From a virus: a DNA stretch of 64,000 nucleotides. Of this stretch, positions 26,397-36,205 are shown one piece after another. The notes beneath the pieces were generated by a model. That model searched no databases and was not told the origin of the DNA. It was given only the letters and a program-made list of their open reading frames with translations. Numbering within the stretch: position 1 is the first letter of the stretch; each line of letters opens with the position of its first letter. Made by a program: the position numbers and the translations under genes. Location: positions 9,652 through 73,651 of IMG/VR virus record IMGVR_UViG_3300034374_008984, one strand, 5' to 3'.

Positions 26397-28610
26397 ATGG
26401 ACAACTACAAGCTACTTGACACGGAAGGCCCATCGCATCAGATGGAGACCCACCGCCCTAATGTCGTAGGCACGAAACGGGCCCTGAAAAAAGAACACAA
26501 GGGGATGCACGGCATGATTGCCAAGTACCTCCGCTTCATGGTCACGCAGTGGAACCTCGACTACAATACCCCTCTCTACTCCACGAGGAATCCCGGCCAC
26601 ATCCTTCACAGGTCTCCCGTAGAGGAGATGCTCCTCAATTACAAGTACTATCAGTCCCAGCAGGATGTTAACAGCTATGCCTACCTGACAGAAACCGCAG
26701 AGGGGGAGGAGCGTCCAGCCAAATTTACCCATGGTTCAGAGATCTATCAGGTGGTGCAGCACATGGTAGGCCCCGTTGTGAAGCACTTCGCAGGGACAAC
26801 CATCACAATCGAATCCCTTGATCCCTCCGTGCAGTCCAAGCGGCAGGCCAAGGTCGCAATGCTTCAAGCCAAGAAACTCCTGCCAGACATCTTCAAGAGG
26901 TTCTCCGAAATGGGCGCCACGTTCATGCCTGAAGGAGCAACCGAGGCAAAGGACATGGACGGGGCTATTCAGGAGGCGCTGAGAAAACCAGCCCACAAGG
27001 TCGAGCGGTACGGCATGGACATCCTTACTCATGTCAACAACACCAACAGCGTAAAGGACTACATGCCCAAGCGTTTCAAGGATGTCGTCATTGGAAGGCA
27101 TTGCGCAACGCACAGAACAGTATCCAATGGAAGAATCGTCCTCGAAAAGATTGACCCTTGGAACCTCATCTTCGACAGAGACAACTCAGATGACGACTAC
27201 AACAGGTACGCCCTGTTCAAGGGATTCATCAGTTGGAAATCCCACGAGGAGATCATGCAGGCGTACACCCTCGGAAGCGATGCCGAGGAAGAACTCAAGA
27301 AGCTCTTCGACAGCAACAGGAGTGCAACACTGCCGGGACTCAACGGAGTGATGGGTAATGTCCCCCAATCTGGATTCTCTTGGCTGGAATCGGACGGACC
27401 CCGTAGAATAGCCTGTGTGACAGGATACTTCATCGCCACGATAAAGGAAGATGACGGGACATCCTATCAGACCATCTACGAGGGGACTTTGATAGGAAAC
27501 ACGGTGCTTGTCAACTTCGGGGAATCCAACAACATCAGCTACGACATAGCCCGACCTGAGTGGCCGGTCATGCCCATCCATATCTACAGCCCCGACACGA
27601 TACTCGGAACGAACGTCTGTCCCGTGGACCGGTTCAGAGAAATGCAGGAGGACTTGGATGCGTTCAAGTACAAGATTCGGGAACACATCGACAGAGACCT
27701 CGGAAAGGGGTATGTGTTCTATGCGGATACAGCCGTTCCGAAAGACATCATTGAAGACCTCAAGAACTTCGGTGTAACAGTCATCAACAGGGCCGACCCC
27801 GAGGAACCCATCATCAACAACAACAGGATGGTGGACACAGTGGACATGACCCTTGACCCTAACGTGGCACAGTACATAGCCCTGCGAAAGGAGTTCAAAG
27901 CGGACATGGACAATGTGGTATCCCAATCGAACATCACGAGAGGGATGCAGCAGACGTACATCGGTGGAGGTACACAGCAGGCCACCGTTGCACAGGCCAG
28001 CAACGGCACCGTTTCTCTCATGTCGGGATTCTTCCAACACTTTGCCTTCATAGAGCAGGACATATTAAATACCGCCAAGACAATGCTCTTGGAGCCCAAG
28101 AACAGGGAAGAGGCGGAACTCATTCTCTCTGACGCAAGCGCAGATTTCTGGGAGGCCATGCAAGACCTCAATGTCATCGACATGCAGGTGCGTATCGAGA
28201 TGGAGGACTTCATTGACGAGGAGCGCAGGGCAAGGTATCAGCAATATGCCCTCGCAATGGCACAGAACGCGAGAGAGACAGGGTTCACAATGCTCGATGC
28301 CATCAACATCGAGAACGCCCGCACAAGTCAGGAGTTGATGACCAAACTGAAAGAGTCCCTCGAACTGAAAGAACTGAAAGCCGAGCGCATGAGACAAGAA
28401 GACATGGCTATGCAGCAGCAGATGCAACAGATGCAGATGCAGCAGCAAGGTCAGATGTTCCAACTCGAAGAACAGAACAAGGCTCTTCGAGACCAGATCC
28501 GCAACGCGCCCAAGCACGAGGCCAATCAGATCAAACGCGAGGAGATGAACATGTCAAGGGACATGGTATTCGCCTCCGAAGCAGGAATGCCAGGAACAGA
28601 AGTGGAATAA
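26397..28610 (+). CDS. portal protein (putative)
   Basis: 737 aa between terL and scaffold/capsid; IDPWNLIFD motif, Gln-rich coiled C-terminus; promoter TAGCTTTG at 26367. Confidence 0.75.
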   Translation: MDNYKLLDTEGPSHQMETHRPNVVGTKRALKKEHKGMHGMIAKYLRFMVTQWNLDYNTPLYSTRNPGHILHRSPVEEMLLNYKYYQSQQDVNSYAYLTETAEGEERPAKFTHGSEIYQVVQHMVGPVVKHFAGTTITIESLDPSVQSKRQAKVAMLQAKKLLPDIFKRFSEMGATFMPEGATEAKDMDGAIQEALRKPAHKVERYGMDILTHVNNTNSVKDYMPKRFKDVVIGRHCATHRTVSNGRIVLEKIDPWNLIFDRDNSDDDYNRYALFKGFISWKSHEEIMQAYTLGSDAEEELKKLFDSNRSATLPGLNGVMGNVPQSGFSWLESDGPRRIACVTGYFIATIKEDDGTSYQTIYEGTLIGNTVLVNFGESNNISYDIARPEWPVMPIHIYSPDTILGTNVCPVDRFREMQEDLDAFKYKIREHIDRDLGKGYVFYADTAVPKDIIEDLKNFGVTVINRADPEEPIINNNRMVDTVDMTLDPNVAQYIALRKEFKADMDNVVSQSNITRGMQQTYIGGGTQQATVAQASNGTVSLMSGFFQHFAFIEQDILNTAKTMLLEPKNREEAELILSDASADFWEAMQDLNVIDMQVRIEMEDFIDEERRARYQQYALAMAQNARETGFTMLDAINIENARTSQELMTKLKESLELKELKAERMRQEDMAMQQQMQQMQMQQQGQMFQLEEQNKALRDQIRNAPKHEANQIKREEMNMSRDMVFASEAGMPGTEVE

Positions 28611-28618
28611 AACCTCTT

Positions 28619-28712
28619 CTTTTACCCTTGTAAAGTATCCTCTTTTACCACTGTAAAGCATTGTATTTCAATGCGATAATTTTCTTGCGTATTTCGATTC
28701 TCTGTATATTTG
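28619..28712 (+). promoter_or_regulatory. capsid-operon promoter with tandem palindromic operator-like sites
   Basis: CTTTTACCnnTGTAAAG twice (28619-28635, 28642-28658), GCATTG-N5-CAATGC, then TATATTTG at 28705-28712. Confidence 0.65.
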
Positions 28713-28769
28713 AGGCGGCACTTTTGCCACTTAAAGACAACTACAAGAGAACCACCAAAAAGCAAGAAA

Positions 28770-29987
28770 ATGGCAACCGAAGCAGCAGAAGTAATCGAGA
28801 AAAAGGAAGGCGCAGCAGCATCTCCCGAAGGCGGTACCCCAACTGGTGCCCAAGCTGGCGTTCAGCTTCCTGAATTCGACCTCGAACCCGAAGTGGAATC
28901 CGAGGTGGAGGCCGCTGTACTGGCAGCTCACACAGGCAAGGCCAAGGACCAGCTCGAAGCCGAGATAAATGCCGCAAAGGAGGCGAAAAAGAATGAGCTC
29001 ATCGAGACCTACAAGCCGCTTCTCGACAAGGCCACCGAACTGAAGGCCCTTCCAGAAAACGAGGGAAAGACCGATGAGGAGCTTCTCGAAATAGCTCAAG
29101 CAGAGATTGAGAAAGGCAATTCTGACGGTGACGACACTCCAAAACTCGGGGAGGACTTCTTCGGTGTAGGTGTTAAGGCAGAGAGTAAGGATGCACAAGC
29201 AGGTGCCAAGCCTGCGGCTGAGTTCGTTGTCCCCGATGAGTACAAGCCTCAATGGGAACGCGCCAAGAAAATTACGGAAGACCCCCTTGCCGAAATCTAT
29301 TTCAAAGCAAAGGAAGCGGGTCAGGTGAAGGACTTCATGGACCTTCTCGGGAAGATGACACCCGACCCCGACACCCTTTCACCCGAGCAGCTCAAGGAGA
29401 TGCAGGTGAGGTCCTACGACCCGAACATCACTCCCGATGACCTTGACGAGGTCATGGAGGAGTTCAAAGAGAAAAAGACCTACCAAAAGAAAGAGGAGGT
29501 ATCTCTCTTCGCAGCCCAAATGAGGCAGGCAAGGGAGAACGACCTCAAACTGCTGGAAGGCAATGTTACCTCCAAGGCAACAGCCTCGAAGGAGTCCACC
29601 GCAAAAGCTATCCAAGAAGCCGAGAAAGAGCTGAACGGAAGCTACAAGGGACAAACCTTCTATGGGGTTGAGGTCACGGAGGAAGTAGCCCAAAAGGTGC
29701 TCAACAAGATGCGTCAGAACGGGGTCAGCTTCACCCGCCCTGACGGAGCACCTGACGTTCAGAAGTCCATTCAAGCGACACTCCGAGAGGAGTACTTTCA
29801 AGACATGCTCCAAGCAGCGTTCGAGAGAGGACTCAAGACGGCCACCCGAAAAGAGGCCATCAAGCGGAGCAAGCCTCTGACGGGACTCAAGACGCGGGGA
29901 GGCATTCCGAGAACCCAGCAGAAGAACATCAGGGAAGAAATCTCTGAGATCATCAAGCAGAAAGTAAACGGAGGCCAAAAGAAGTAA
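28770..29987 (+). CDS. scaffolding protein (putative)
   Basis: Acidic, helical, immediately upstream of the capsid gene; ATG 28770. Confidence 0.65.
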   Translation: MATEAAEVIEKKEGAAASPEGGTPTGAQAGVQLPEFDLEPEVESEVEAAVLAAHTGKAKDQLEAEINAAKEAKKNELIETYKPLLDKATELKALPENEGKTDEELLEIAQAEIEKGNSDGDDTPKLGEDFFGVGVKAESKDAQAGAKPAAEFVVPDEYKPQWERAKKITEDPLAEIYFKAKEAGQVKDFMDLLGKMTPDPDTLSPEQLKEMQVRSYDPNITPDDLDEVMEEFKEKKTYQKKEEVSLFAAQMRQARENDLKLLEGNVTSKATASKESTAKAIQEAEKELNGSYKGQTFYGVEVTEEVAQKVLNKMRQNGVSFTRPDGAPDVQKSIQATLREEYFQDMLQAAFERGLKTATRKEAIKRSKPLTGLKTRGGIPRTQQKNIREEISEIIKQKVNGGQKK

Positions 29988-30013
29988 TGCAAACAGCCTA
30001 AAACCAAAAAACA

Positions 30014-31372
30014 ATGGCACTTTCAATTCCAAGTCTGGCCAGTAACCTTCAAGTCCAAGCACTTGTTGACTGGAACGACATCAGCAAAGTCAAGTACCTC
30101 ACGAGGTCTTCTTGCAAATTCCTTGAGGACATCGTAGCCCTCAATGTGAACATTCCCAACGCATCTCAGTCGATTGACGTACTTGAGTACCGCGAGAGCT
30201 TCCTTGATGACGACCGCATCGTGGCCGACATCACTCAGGTTACCGCAGGTGCCACAAGCGTCACCGTTGACCTTGCACCGTACAACGGCAACCCCGTTCA
30301 GTACATCCGCGTGAACACCCTTATGTTTGGCAACAACAAAGCCTTCCAAGGTCGCGTTGTTCAGGCCACCCCGGGCCAAATCGTTCTTGAGCCTCATGCA
30401 GGTGCTACTGTGGCACAGCTTGCGGGTTCCCTTGTCGTGGGTCAGCAGGTAAACGGTCGCGGTATTTTCGTACCGTATGCCAACTCATCCGGTGTGACAG
30501 GCATCAAGCGCGTTCCAGATTGGCAGGTGAACTACCTGACAACCATGCGTGAGGGCAACGACCACAACCGCGTTGATTTCCGCAAGGAGCGCGTCAAGTA
30601 CGTGGGCAAGTATTGGGAGGACGCCCAAGTTCATTTCACCCTCGAGCGTTTCCTGAAGGACATCGAGTACGACATGATCTACGGTCTCCCGTCCTTTGAC
30701 CCCACAAACGAGACCTCTACGAACGGAGGTGTCGATTGGGCAATCCGCAACAGAGGTGGTGTAGTGTTCGGTTTCTCAACACTTCCTGACCGCACAATGT
30801 TCCAAGATTGGCTCGACACGGTGGCGAACCAAAGGTCATACACTCAGAAGCCTCGGAAATTGTACATCGGTCGTGCGCTTTACGCTCACATTGTCAACAA
30901 CTTCGGAGTAGGGTTCACTGAGCAACTGACCCTTATGCAGCCTACTAACGGTGTCATCGACCTGAATCCTGACATGATCAAGATAGGTGGTCACACTGTT
31001 GAATTGGTGTACGCCCCAGGTCTGTTCCAAGATCCTACCTACGACACCGCGCCCACTCAGATACCCGGTGCAACAGGTATGAAGAAGGAGTGGCAGGCGT
31101 ACTTCATCGACCAAGACCCTGTTATGACTGTCGGAAGCGGTGAGGTTCCATCCATTCAGCGACTCCACTACGGAGAGAGCCCATTCTATGCCGTAGTCGG
31201 TAAGGGTATCGGTGATTTCCCTGTTGGAATGCCTGTCACGTCCGACATTGTTGCGGACAACTTCGGCCAGCCCATGGACATGCAGGACCGCACCACGATA
31301 CAGTTCATGTATCACGGTGGCGTCAACATGACCACAGGCAAGTACTCAGGATGGTTCGGTGCCACCATCTAA
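30014..31372 (+). CDS. major capsid protein (putative)
   Basis: 452 aa after the scaffold; IEYDMIYG...TNGG HK97-like segment; strongly biased codon usage. Confidence 0.75.
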   Translation: MALSIPSLASNLQVQALVDWNDISKVKYLTRSSCKFLEDIVALNVNIPNASQSIDVLEYRESFLDDDRIVADITQVTAGATSVTVDLAPYNGNPVQYIRVNTLMFGNNKAFQGRVVQATPGQIVLEPHAGATVAQLAGSLVVGQQVNGRGIFVPYANSSGVTGIKRVPDWQVNYLTTMREGNDHNRVDFRKERVKYVGKYWEDAQVHFTLERFLKDIEYDMIYGLPSFDPTNETSTNGGVDWAIRNRGGVVFGFSTLPDRTMFQDWLDTVANQRSYTQKPRKLYIGRALYAHIVNNFGVGFTEQLTLMQPTNGVIDLNPDMIKIGGHTVELVYAPGLFQDPTYDTAPTQIPGATGMKKEWQAYFIDQDPVMTVGSGEVPSIQRLHYGESPFYAVVGKGIGDFPVGMPVTSDIVADNFGQPMDMQDRTTIQFMYHGGVNMTTGKYSGWFGATI

Positions 31373-31399
31373 TCTCTCACATCCAAAAACTCAGAAAAA

Positions 31400-32443
31400 A
31401 TGGATCAGATTTTTGTAATCAACACAGTACAGGCCGCAGCAGCGGACCTGTCAACACCGGGCCAAGGCAAGGTTCTCGTAACAGGGGACACCAAAGGCTT
31501 CATCCGCGAGGACGTGGACAGTATCTCGGTACTGCCACACAAAGCGGAGACGAGTCAGATTGTCGATGTGACAGCCACTGCTTCGCCTGCGGCAAACACC
31601 GAATACAGTTTTCGGATTGTGCAGAACGTGGACGAAGTGCAGGTGATTCGTGCTGTTCACTACAAGACAGGCGCAAGCGCTCCGAACGCATCCGCTTTTG
31701 GAACCGCCCTTGCAGCAGCAGCTCAGGCCGTTGCTGACGAAGGTGGTCTTCAAATCTCTGTAGCTGCCATCACAAGCGGCAATGGAGGGGTGAAAATCGA
31801 GGGTGCGTCAGGCTACCCGCTTGTAAGTGTTGTTCAGCAAAGCATCAACCTGACCGTAGCGGCAGGTCTTGTAACGACAGGAGGTGTAACACGGCCGATT
31901 ATCAGCACAGGCAACCTCGCTGTTGTCAGCGGACTCACCTTAAAGTTTGGACAGAGCACAACGGCAGCCTTCGAGGTTGGCCAGACGCTTTATCTGAGCG
32001 GATGGAACTCGGCCTATGTCATTAACGGCAAGTCTGATGTCGAGGGAACATACGTGCGTGTTTCCGCTATCAGCGCGAACACCCACGTTGAGTTCATTGC
32101 TGAGTCTGTGTCAGGTACCATTGGAACGGCCACTACCGACCTGTCCATCATCCCGCAAGAGGCCGCAGGAACAGCCGCAGTATTGGCTGAGAGAGCAATC
32201 ACAGGCGGTGGAAACCCCAACGTGAACATCGACAACACCGAGGTTTACCACGAGGTTGTAGTGTCAGGTGGGCAAAAAGCCGGTCAGTCCAAGCAACAGA
32301 AAGACCTCGCACCAATCGTGAAGAGGTACTTCATTGCCGACTCCGCTTCCATTGCTAACGCGAACGACCTCTTGGTGCGCTTTAAGCAGGTCAACAACTG
32401 GCTTGCGGCAGGTGGCTCATTCGACCCGCTCCTTCTCAGTTAA
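31400..32443 (+). CDS. auxiliary capsid/structural protein
   Basis: Ala/Gly/Thr/Val-rich, follows the capsid gene, precedes a terminator. Confidence 0.6.
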   Translation: MDQIFVINTVQAAAADLSTPGQGKVLVTGDTKGFIREDVDSISVLPHKAETSQIVDVTATASPAANTEYSFRIVQNVDEVQVIRAVHYKTGASAPNASAFGTALAAAAQAVADEGGLQISVAAITSGNGGVKIEGASGYPLVSVVQQSINLTVAAGLVTTGGVTRPIISTGNLAVVSGLTLKFGQSTTAAFEVGQTLYLSGWNSAYVINGKSDVEGTYVRVSAISANTHVEFIAESVSGTIGTATTDLSIIPQEAAGTAAVLAERAITGGGNPNVNIDNTEVYHEVVVSGGQKAGQSKQQKDLAPIVKRYFIADSASIANANDLLVRFKQVNNWLAAGGSFDPLLLS

Positions 32444-32465
32444 GGATAGGGATTGTCTTTCAAAG

Positions 32466-32501
32466 AAAGAGGAGAGCATTAAGTTGTTCTCCTCTTTTTT
32501 T
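32466..32501 (+). terminator. rho-independent terminator of the capsid operon
   Basis: AAAGAGGAGAGC/GTTCTCCTCTTT plus T-tract; a new promoter TACCTTTG follows at 32505. Confidence 0.8.
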
Positions 32502-32551
32502 ATATACCTTTGCCAAAGTAATCAGTCAATCATCTTAATTACCAAAACAAA

Positions 32552-33679
32552 ATGGCATCACAACAATCAATCATCAATGACCGGGACGTAATCCTTCGTA
32601 TCGGCTACAATGGGGTCATCACAGGTACAACCGACAACCCCATCTGCCAAAACCTTGCAGCATCCAATCCTGACGGAACAGTAGATGTGCTTGTTGACGG
32701 GTGGAGAGTGACAACGGTGAAATACGACACTGACGAGGATAGGAAAAATGCGGCCACATTAAAATCTTTCGTCCTTAAGGTCACCCGCAGGTCTCCCAAT
32801 GTTGTCATCAAGCGTCAGGACGGCCTGTCCGACACTCAAATCAAGCAAGTGGTCGGCCTGCTTGAGCGCTGCGGTGCGTTCCTCAATATGAATGACACCA
32901 ATCAATGGGACCCCGTATTGGACCAAGCGGTAGGCCCCAACGCGAACCGTCCATGGTTCTATCAGGACATGACCAAGGCAAGGAAAGCGAAGATGAACTC
33001 CTCTATGGAAACCATCGCCATCAACGAAGCCCTTGTCGGAATGTACGATGACATCGCCAAGATGCGTGACGCTCTGTTCCTCATCGGTCAACGCCCCCTC
33101 ACAAGCGACTCAGAGGAGGACCTGAAATTCGCCCTGTATCAGGAACTCATCGAAGGAAACAACTTCAACAGTCGCAAGAAGTTCCTTGAGATGTTCGTCC
33201 ACAAAGGACTGTCCCCCGCGCAGCTTGATGCGAAAAAGTGGTTCGAGAAGGGCAGGTCATACGGACTCATCACAAACAACAGCGGAGTGTTCGTCTCTGG
33301 AACAGACAGGCTCGGTATGACCGAGGATGATGCCATCGAGTGCATCATGAACAGGGACGACATCCGAGGGTTCCTCATCAGTTCCATCAGTGCGAAGTCA
33401 CACATGGAGGAGGATAAGAAGGCAGCAGCAGAGGTTATCCGCAAGGCCAACGGGGAGAATGTCTCTGAAGGCGTTGTTGATGAGCAGGTGGGAATCGCCT
33501 ACATCAAGAACCTTGCGAAGGACAAAGCTATTGCGGTGAATCCCGGCCCGATGTTCGGCAAGTGCAAGACCCTTGCGGATGCTGTGAAGGTGTACAACGC
33601 GAAGCTGAAAGAGGCCAACCTTCCCAACCCTGTATTCCTCTCAGAGGAACTCGTGTTGGAGGAGATCAAAGCGAAATGA
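32552..33679 (+). CDS. hypothetical protein in the head module
   Basis: 375-aa ORF with its own promoter. Confidence 0.75.
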   Translation: MASQQSIINDRDVILRIGYNGVITGTTDNPICQNLAASNPDGTVDVLVDGWRVTTVKYDTDEDRKNAATLKSFVLKVTRRSPNVVIKRQDGLSDTQIKQVVGLLERCGAFLNMNDTNQWDPVLDQAVGPNANRPWFYQDMTKARKAKMNSSMETIAINEALVGMYDDIAKMRDALFLIGQRPLTSDSEEDLKFALYQELIEGNNFNSRKKFLEMFVHKGLSPAQLDAKKWFEKGRSYGLITNNSGVFVSGTDRLGMTEDDAIECIMNRDDIRGFLISSISAKSHMEEDKKAAAEVIRKANGENVSEGVVDEQVGIAYIKNLAKDKAIAVNPGPMFGKCKTLADAVKVYNAKLKEANLPNPVFLSEELVLEEIKAK

Positions 33680-33680
33680 C

Positions 33681-34082
33681 ATGGAGCAGCAAGCCATAAA
33701 CAACCGCGCCAGCGAGATTCAATCTCTGTTTGAGTCCGAGAATCTGTTTGTGACCACACTCAATACTCAAGGTTACCATGACCTGATCCCAAGGATAGGA
33801 GGGCAGTTTGCCCCGCTTTACGAAGCATTGGGGTTGGGCCACATAGAGGGGTCGAGAAAAAAGACCATCATGGGATATGATGGGTTCGGATTCTACGCAT
33901 TTACCAACGCGACAGAAGAAGAGGCACCTTTATTCCATGAAAGGAACATGGTGTCTTCAAGGAAATTTGGAAAAGTGATCCCCGCAAAGGACTTCGACTA
34001 TACCCACGCTCAGATTCTCTGCGAGAAGCACCGATACCAAGGATTCGCCCTGACACTTGCCAAAGCAGAGCTTCAGGATTAG
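33681..34082 (+). CDS. hypothetical protein
   Basis: 133-aa ORF. Confidence 0.65.
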   Translation: MEQQAINNRASEIQSLFESENLFVTTLNTQGYHDLIPRIGGQFAPLYEALGLGHIEGSRKKTIMGYDGFGFYAFTNATEEEAPLFHERNMVSSRKFGKVIPAKDFDYTHAQILCEKHRYQGFALTLAKAELQD

Positions 34083-34108
34083 ACAGTCACCCTTTTCGTT
34101 TACATGCC

Positions 34109-34150
34109 GAAGGGCCACGGGGAACGCATCCTTCCGTGGCCCTTCTCTTT
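34109..34150. terminator. hairpin between converging operons
   Basis: GAAGGGCCACGG/CCGTGGCCCTTC 12-bp stem. Confidence 0.7.
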
Positions 34151-34446
34151 GCGCTCTATCTGGAAGAACGCCAACCCCCGATTCCCGCCCATCAGCCCTA
34201 CATGAACGCTATTACCAAAAAGCGCGAAGAGGAGGCCATCATAGCTGAAATTGCCTGGGCGGGCATCTACCAATCTCACTCCTTAGGAAGGGAGTGCGCC
34301 TTGTCCCTCTTCGGGGATAAAGTTACGGTAGCCGCGACAAGATCTCACAGGCGCAGTATATCCCTACGAACACCCCTACAAGCATGCTCGGTATGGCAAT
34401 CTCCTCGGGGAGATAGATGTTGTATTCCTTGCGTGGTTTTTTCATG

Positions 34447-35061
34447 TCAGAACAGTGTGAGTTGGGATTTGAACTCGCGGTATCTTTTTTCTTGTGCCGC
34501 CCAATAGTCAGGGTCAAGTTCTGCACCGATGAAATCCAACCCAGCGCGATGGGCTGCAATGCGGGATGAACCGCTGCCGACAAAAGGGTCTAAGATGGTG
34601 TCGCCTTCCTTGGCGTAGTGGTGTAGAATCCAATCATATAAAGCAGTCGGCTTTTGTGTAGGATGGATTTTTCCGTTTGTGTAAGCCTCAACGCGGCTCA
34701 TTCTAAATGCCTTACTTGAACTACCAAAAGATGTCCAAGCTAATTCAAAGTCAGCACCGCTAAACTCTTGCACCTTATCCCAAATTAAGTTGCATCTTGT
34801 AGGTGGCAGCGCAAAATAGTTGCCACCCCAAATTATTTGGTTTTTTGAAACCCTAAACATTTCCAAAATAACCTCGTCAGATGGCAACACGTCCCAATCA
34901 ACATGCCTAATATCTCTGACAAACTTTGATCCTCGTTTTTGTCCGCTCAATAAACTGTGACCTATGCCATACGGAGGGTCGGCTATACAAAGACTGAAAT
35001 ACTTATCAGGATACCCCCGCATCAATTCCATGCAGTCCATTAAATGCACCTCGTTTTTCAT
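34447..35061 (-). CDS. N6-A/N4-C DNA methyltransferase, paralog of 25351..26064
   Basis: ADPPYG, IHPTQKP, DPFVGSGS, ends KSQLTLF. Confidence 0.93.
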   Translation of the reverse strand: MKNEVHLMDCMELMRGYPDKYFSLCIADPPYGIGHSLLSGQKRGSKFVRDIRHVDWDVLPSDEVILEMFRVSKNQIIWGGNYFALPPTRCNLIWDKVQEFSGADFELAWTSFGSSSKAFRMSRVEAYTNGKIHPTQKPTALYDWILHHYAKEGDTILDPFVGSGSSRIAAHRAGLDFIGAELDPDYWAAQEKRYREFKSQLTLF

Positions 35062-35579
35062 GTCTCCGTGTATTTCTCAATCTGTCCAAGTATCCATTCC
35101 CTATCGAACTTCACACCGCTCTGCTGCATAAAATCCATGTGAGTGGCATAGAGCATGGCCATGTACTGAGTCTTGTCCCCGTACTCGGTATGCTCCTCCC
35201 TTGTGAGCCCCATCAGGTTTTCAATCCGGTCGCACAGTTTTGAGGACCCCATACCCCTTGCCTCTATGTGATGCACGTCCTGACACCTCTGCCCGGACAT
35301 CTCGGAGGGAATGAAGTCAGTGTCCCCGTATCCGAATGCCGCCATGTAGATGGCCGTGTGCAGGGGTTTCCCATTAACCCTCGGCTTGGGTTTCGTTTTC
35401 AGGGCCGCTGCGCGGGGTATAAGGCTCGGCCCCCCCTTCAAGGAGGCCTCCTTCTCGCGTCCGCAGCAGTCCTTGCAGCGGGGCGGGTTGGCCTTCCAGA
35501 TGTAGGTCATCTGATTGCACCCTGAGCAGAGTTTCCGTTTGGGTTGGAGGCCGTTCATTGCTTGTTGTCTGCTATCCAT
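35058..35579 (-). CDS. Zn-finger/HNH-like endonuclease
   Basis: CxxC...CxxC, then DVHHIEARG...IENL..LTREEH. Confidence 0.65.
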   Translation of the reverse strand: MDSRQQAMNGLQPKRKLCSGCNQMTYIWKANPPRCKDCCGREKEASLKGGPSLIPRAAALKTKPKPRVNGKPLHTAIYMAAFGYGDTDFIPSEMSGQRCQDVHHIEARGMGSSKLCDRIENLMGLTREEHTEYGDKTQYMAMLYATHMDFMQQSGVKFDREWILGQIEKYTET

Positions 35580-35989
35580 TTCACTGCAATGTCCACCTCT
35601 TTCATGTTGCTCGGAAGGAACAATTCAGGATGTTGGTCGGTGACCTTCAAGTGCCTCTTGAACAGTTTCCACCTCATAGGGAACAATTCATTGGCCCGCC
35701 CCTTTACCTCTATCACCCAAGTCATATCAGGGCAAGTGAAGTCAGGCTTGTATGTGATAGGGCGTATCCTGTCCTGTCTCGGAATGAACTTCTTACGAAG
35801 AGACTCCCACGAGGACACCGTTGCAGTGAATCCTTCAATAATAGTGAACGACCTTTGCTCATACTCGAAGGGAACACCCGACTCTTTGAGCCTCTTGTAT
35901 GTGTACGCCTCAAGACCAGACTGGAATTTTATGCCATCAACAAACGTCTTCTTGCTCGTTACAGGGCCTTTGCTTTTTCTCCTTATCAT
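35555..35989 (-). CDS. PD-(D/E)XK endonuclease (T7 endonuclease I/DUF1064-like)
   Basis: DGIKFQSGLE, YKPDF, IEVKG. Confidence 0.8.
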   Translation of the reverse strand: MIRRKSKGPVTSKKTFVDGIKFQSGLEAYTYKRLKESGVPFEYEQRSFTIIEGFTATVSSWESLRKKFIPRQDRIRPITYKPDFTCPDMTWVIEVKGRANELFPMRWKLFKRHLKVTDQHPELFLPSNMKEVDIAVKWIADNKQ

Positions 35990-35995
35990 GGCTTT

Positions 35996-36199
35996 TCACA
36001 TGTATTTCTCACACTCATTACACGCATAGATGACCCTGTGCATGGTCTCCTCTTCGCAGCACCCGCATTGCCTCACAAAGTCCAACCCCTTATACTCCTG
36101 AACAGCCTCCTCTATCTGTTCATCGGTCAGGTTGTTCAATAGGTCCCTAAGTGGGTATGTCGCTCCGCAGGACTCTTGTAGGAATTTCTCGAATGTCAT
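35996..36199 (-). CDS. small Cys-rich protein
   Basis: CxCC...CxxC, tiles the minus-strand operon. Confidence 0.6.
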   Translation of the reverse strand: MTFEKFLQESCGATYPLRDLLNNLTDEQIEEAVQEYKGLDFVRQCGCCEEETMHRVIYACNECEKYM

Positions 36200-36205
36200 G
36201 GCTTT

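Noticed and set aside
27186-28040. Long minus-strand ORFs opposite portal, DnaB, cargo and other genes (e.g. also 47786..48643)
   Set aside because: These are antisense shadows of codon-biased plus-strand genes, with no motifs or promoters.
34447-35061. Third methyltransferase as another attC cassette
   Set aside because: No complementary GTT/AAC cores or flanking hairpins were seen; it overlaps its upstream gene like a normal operon member.
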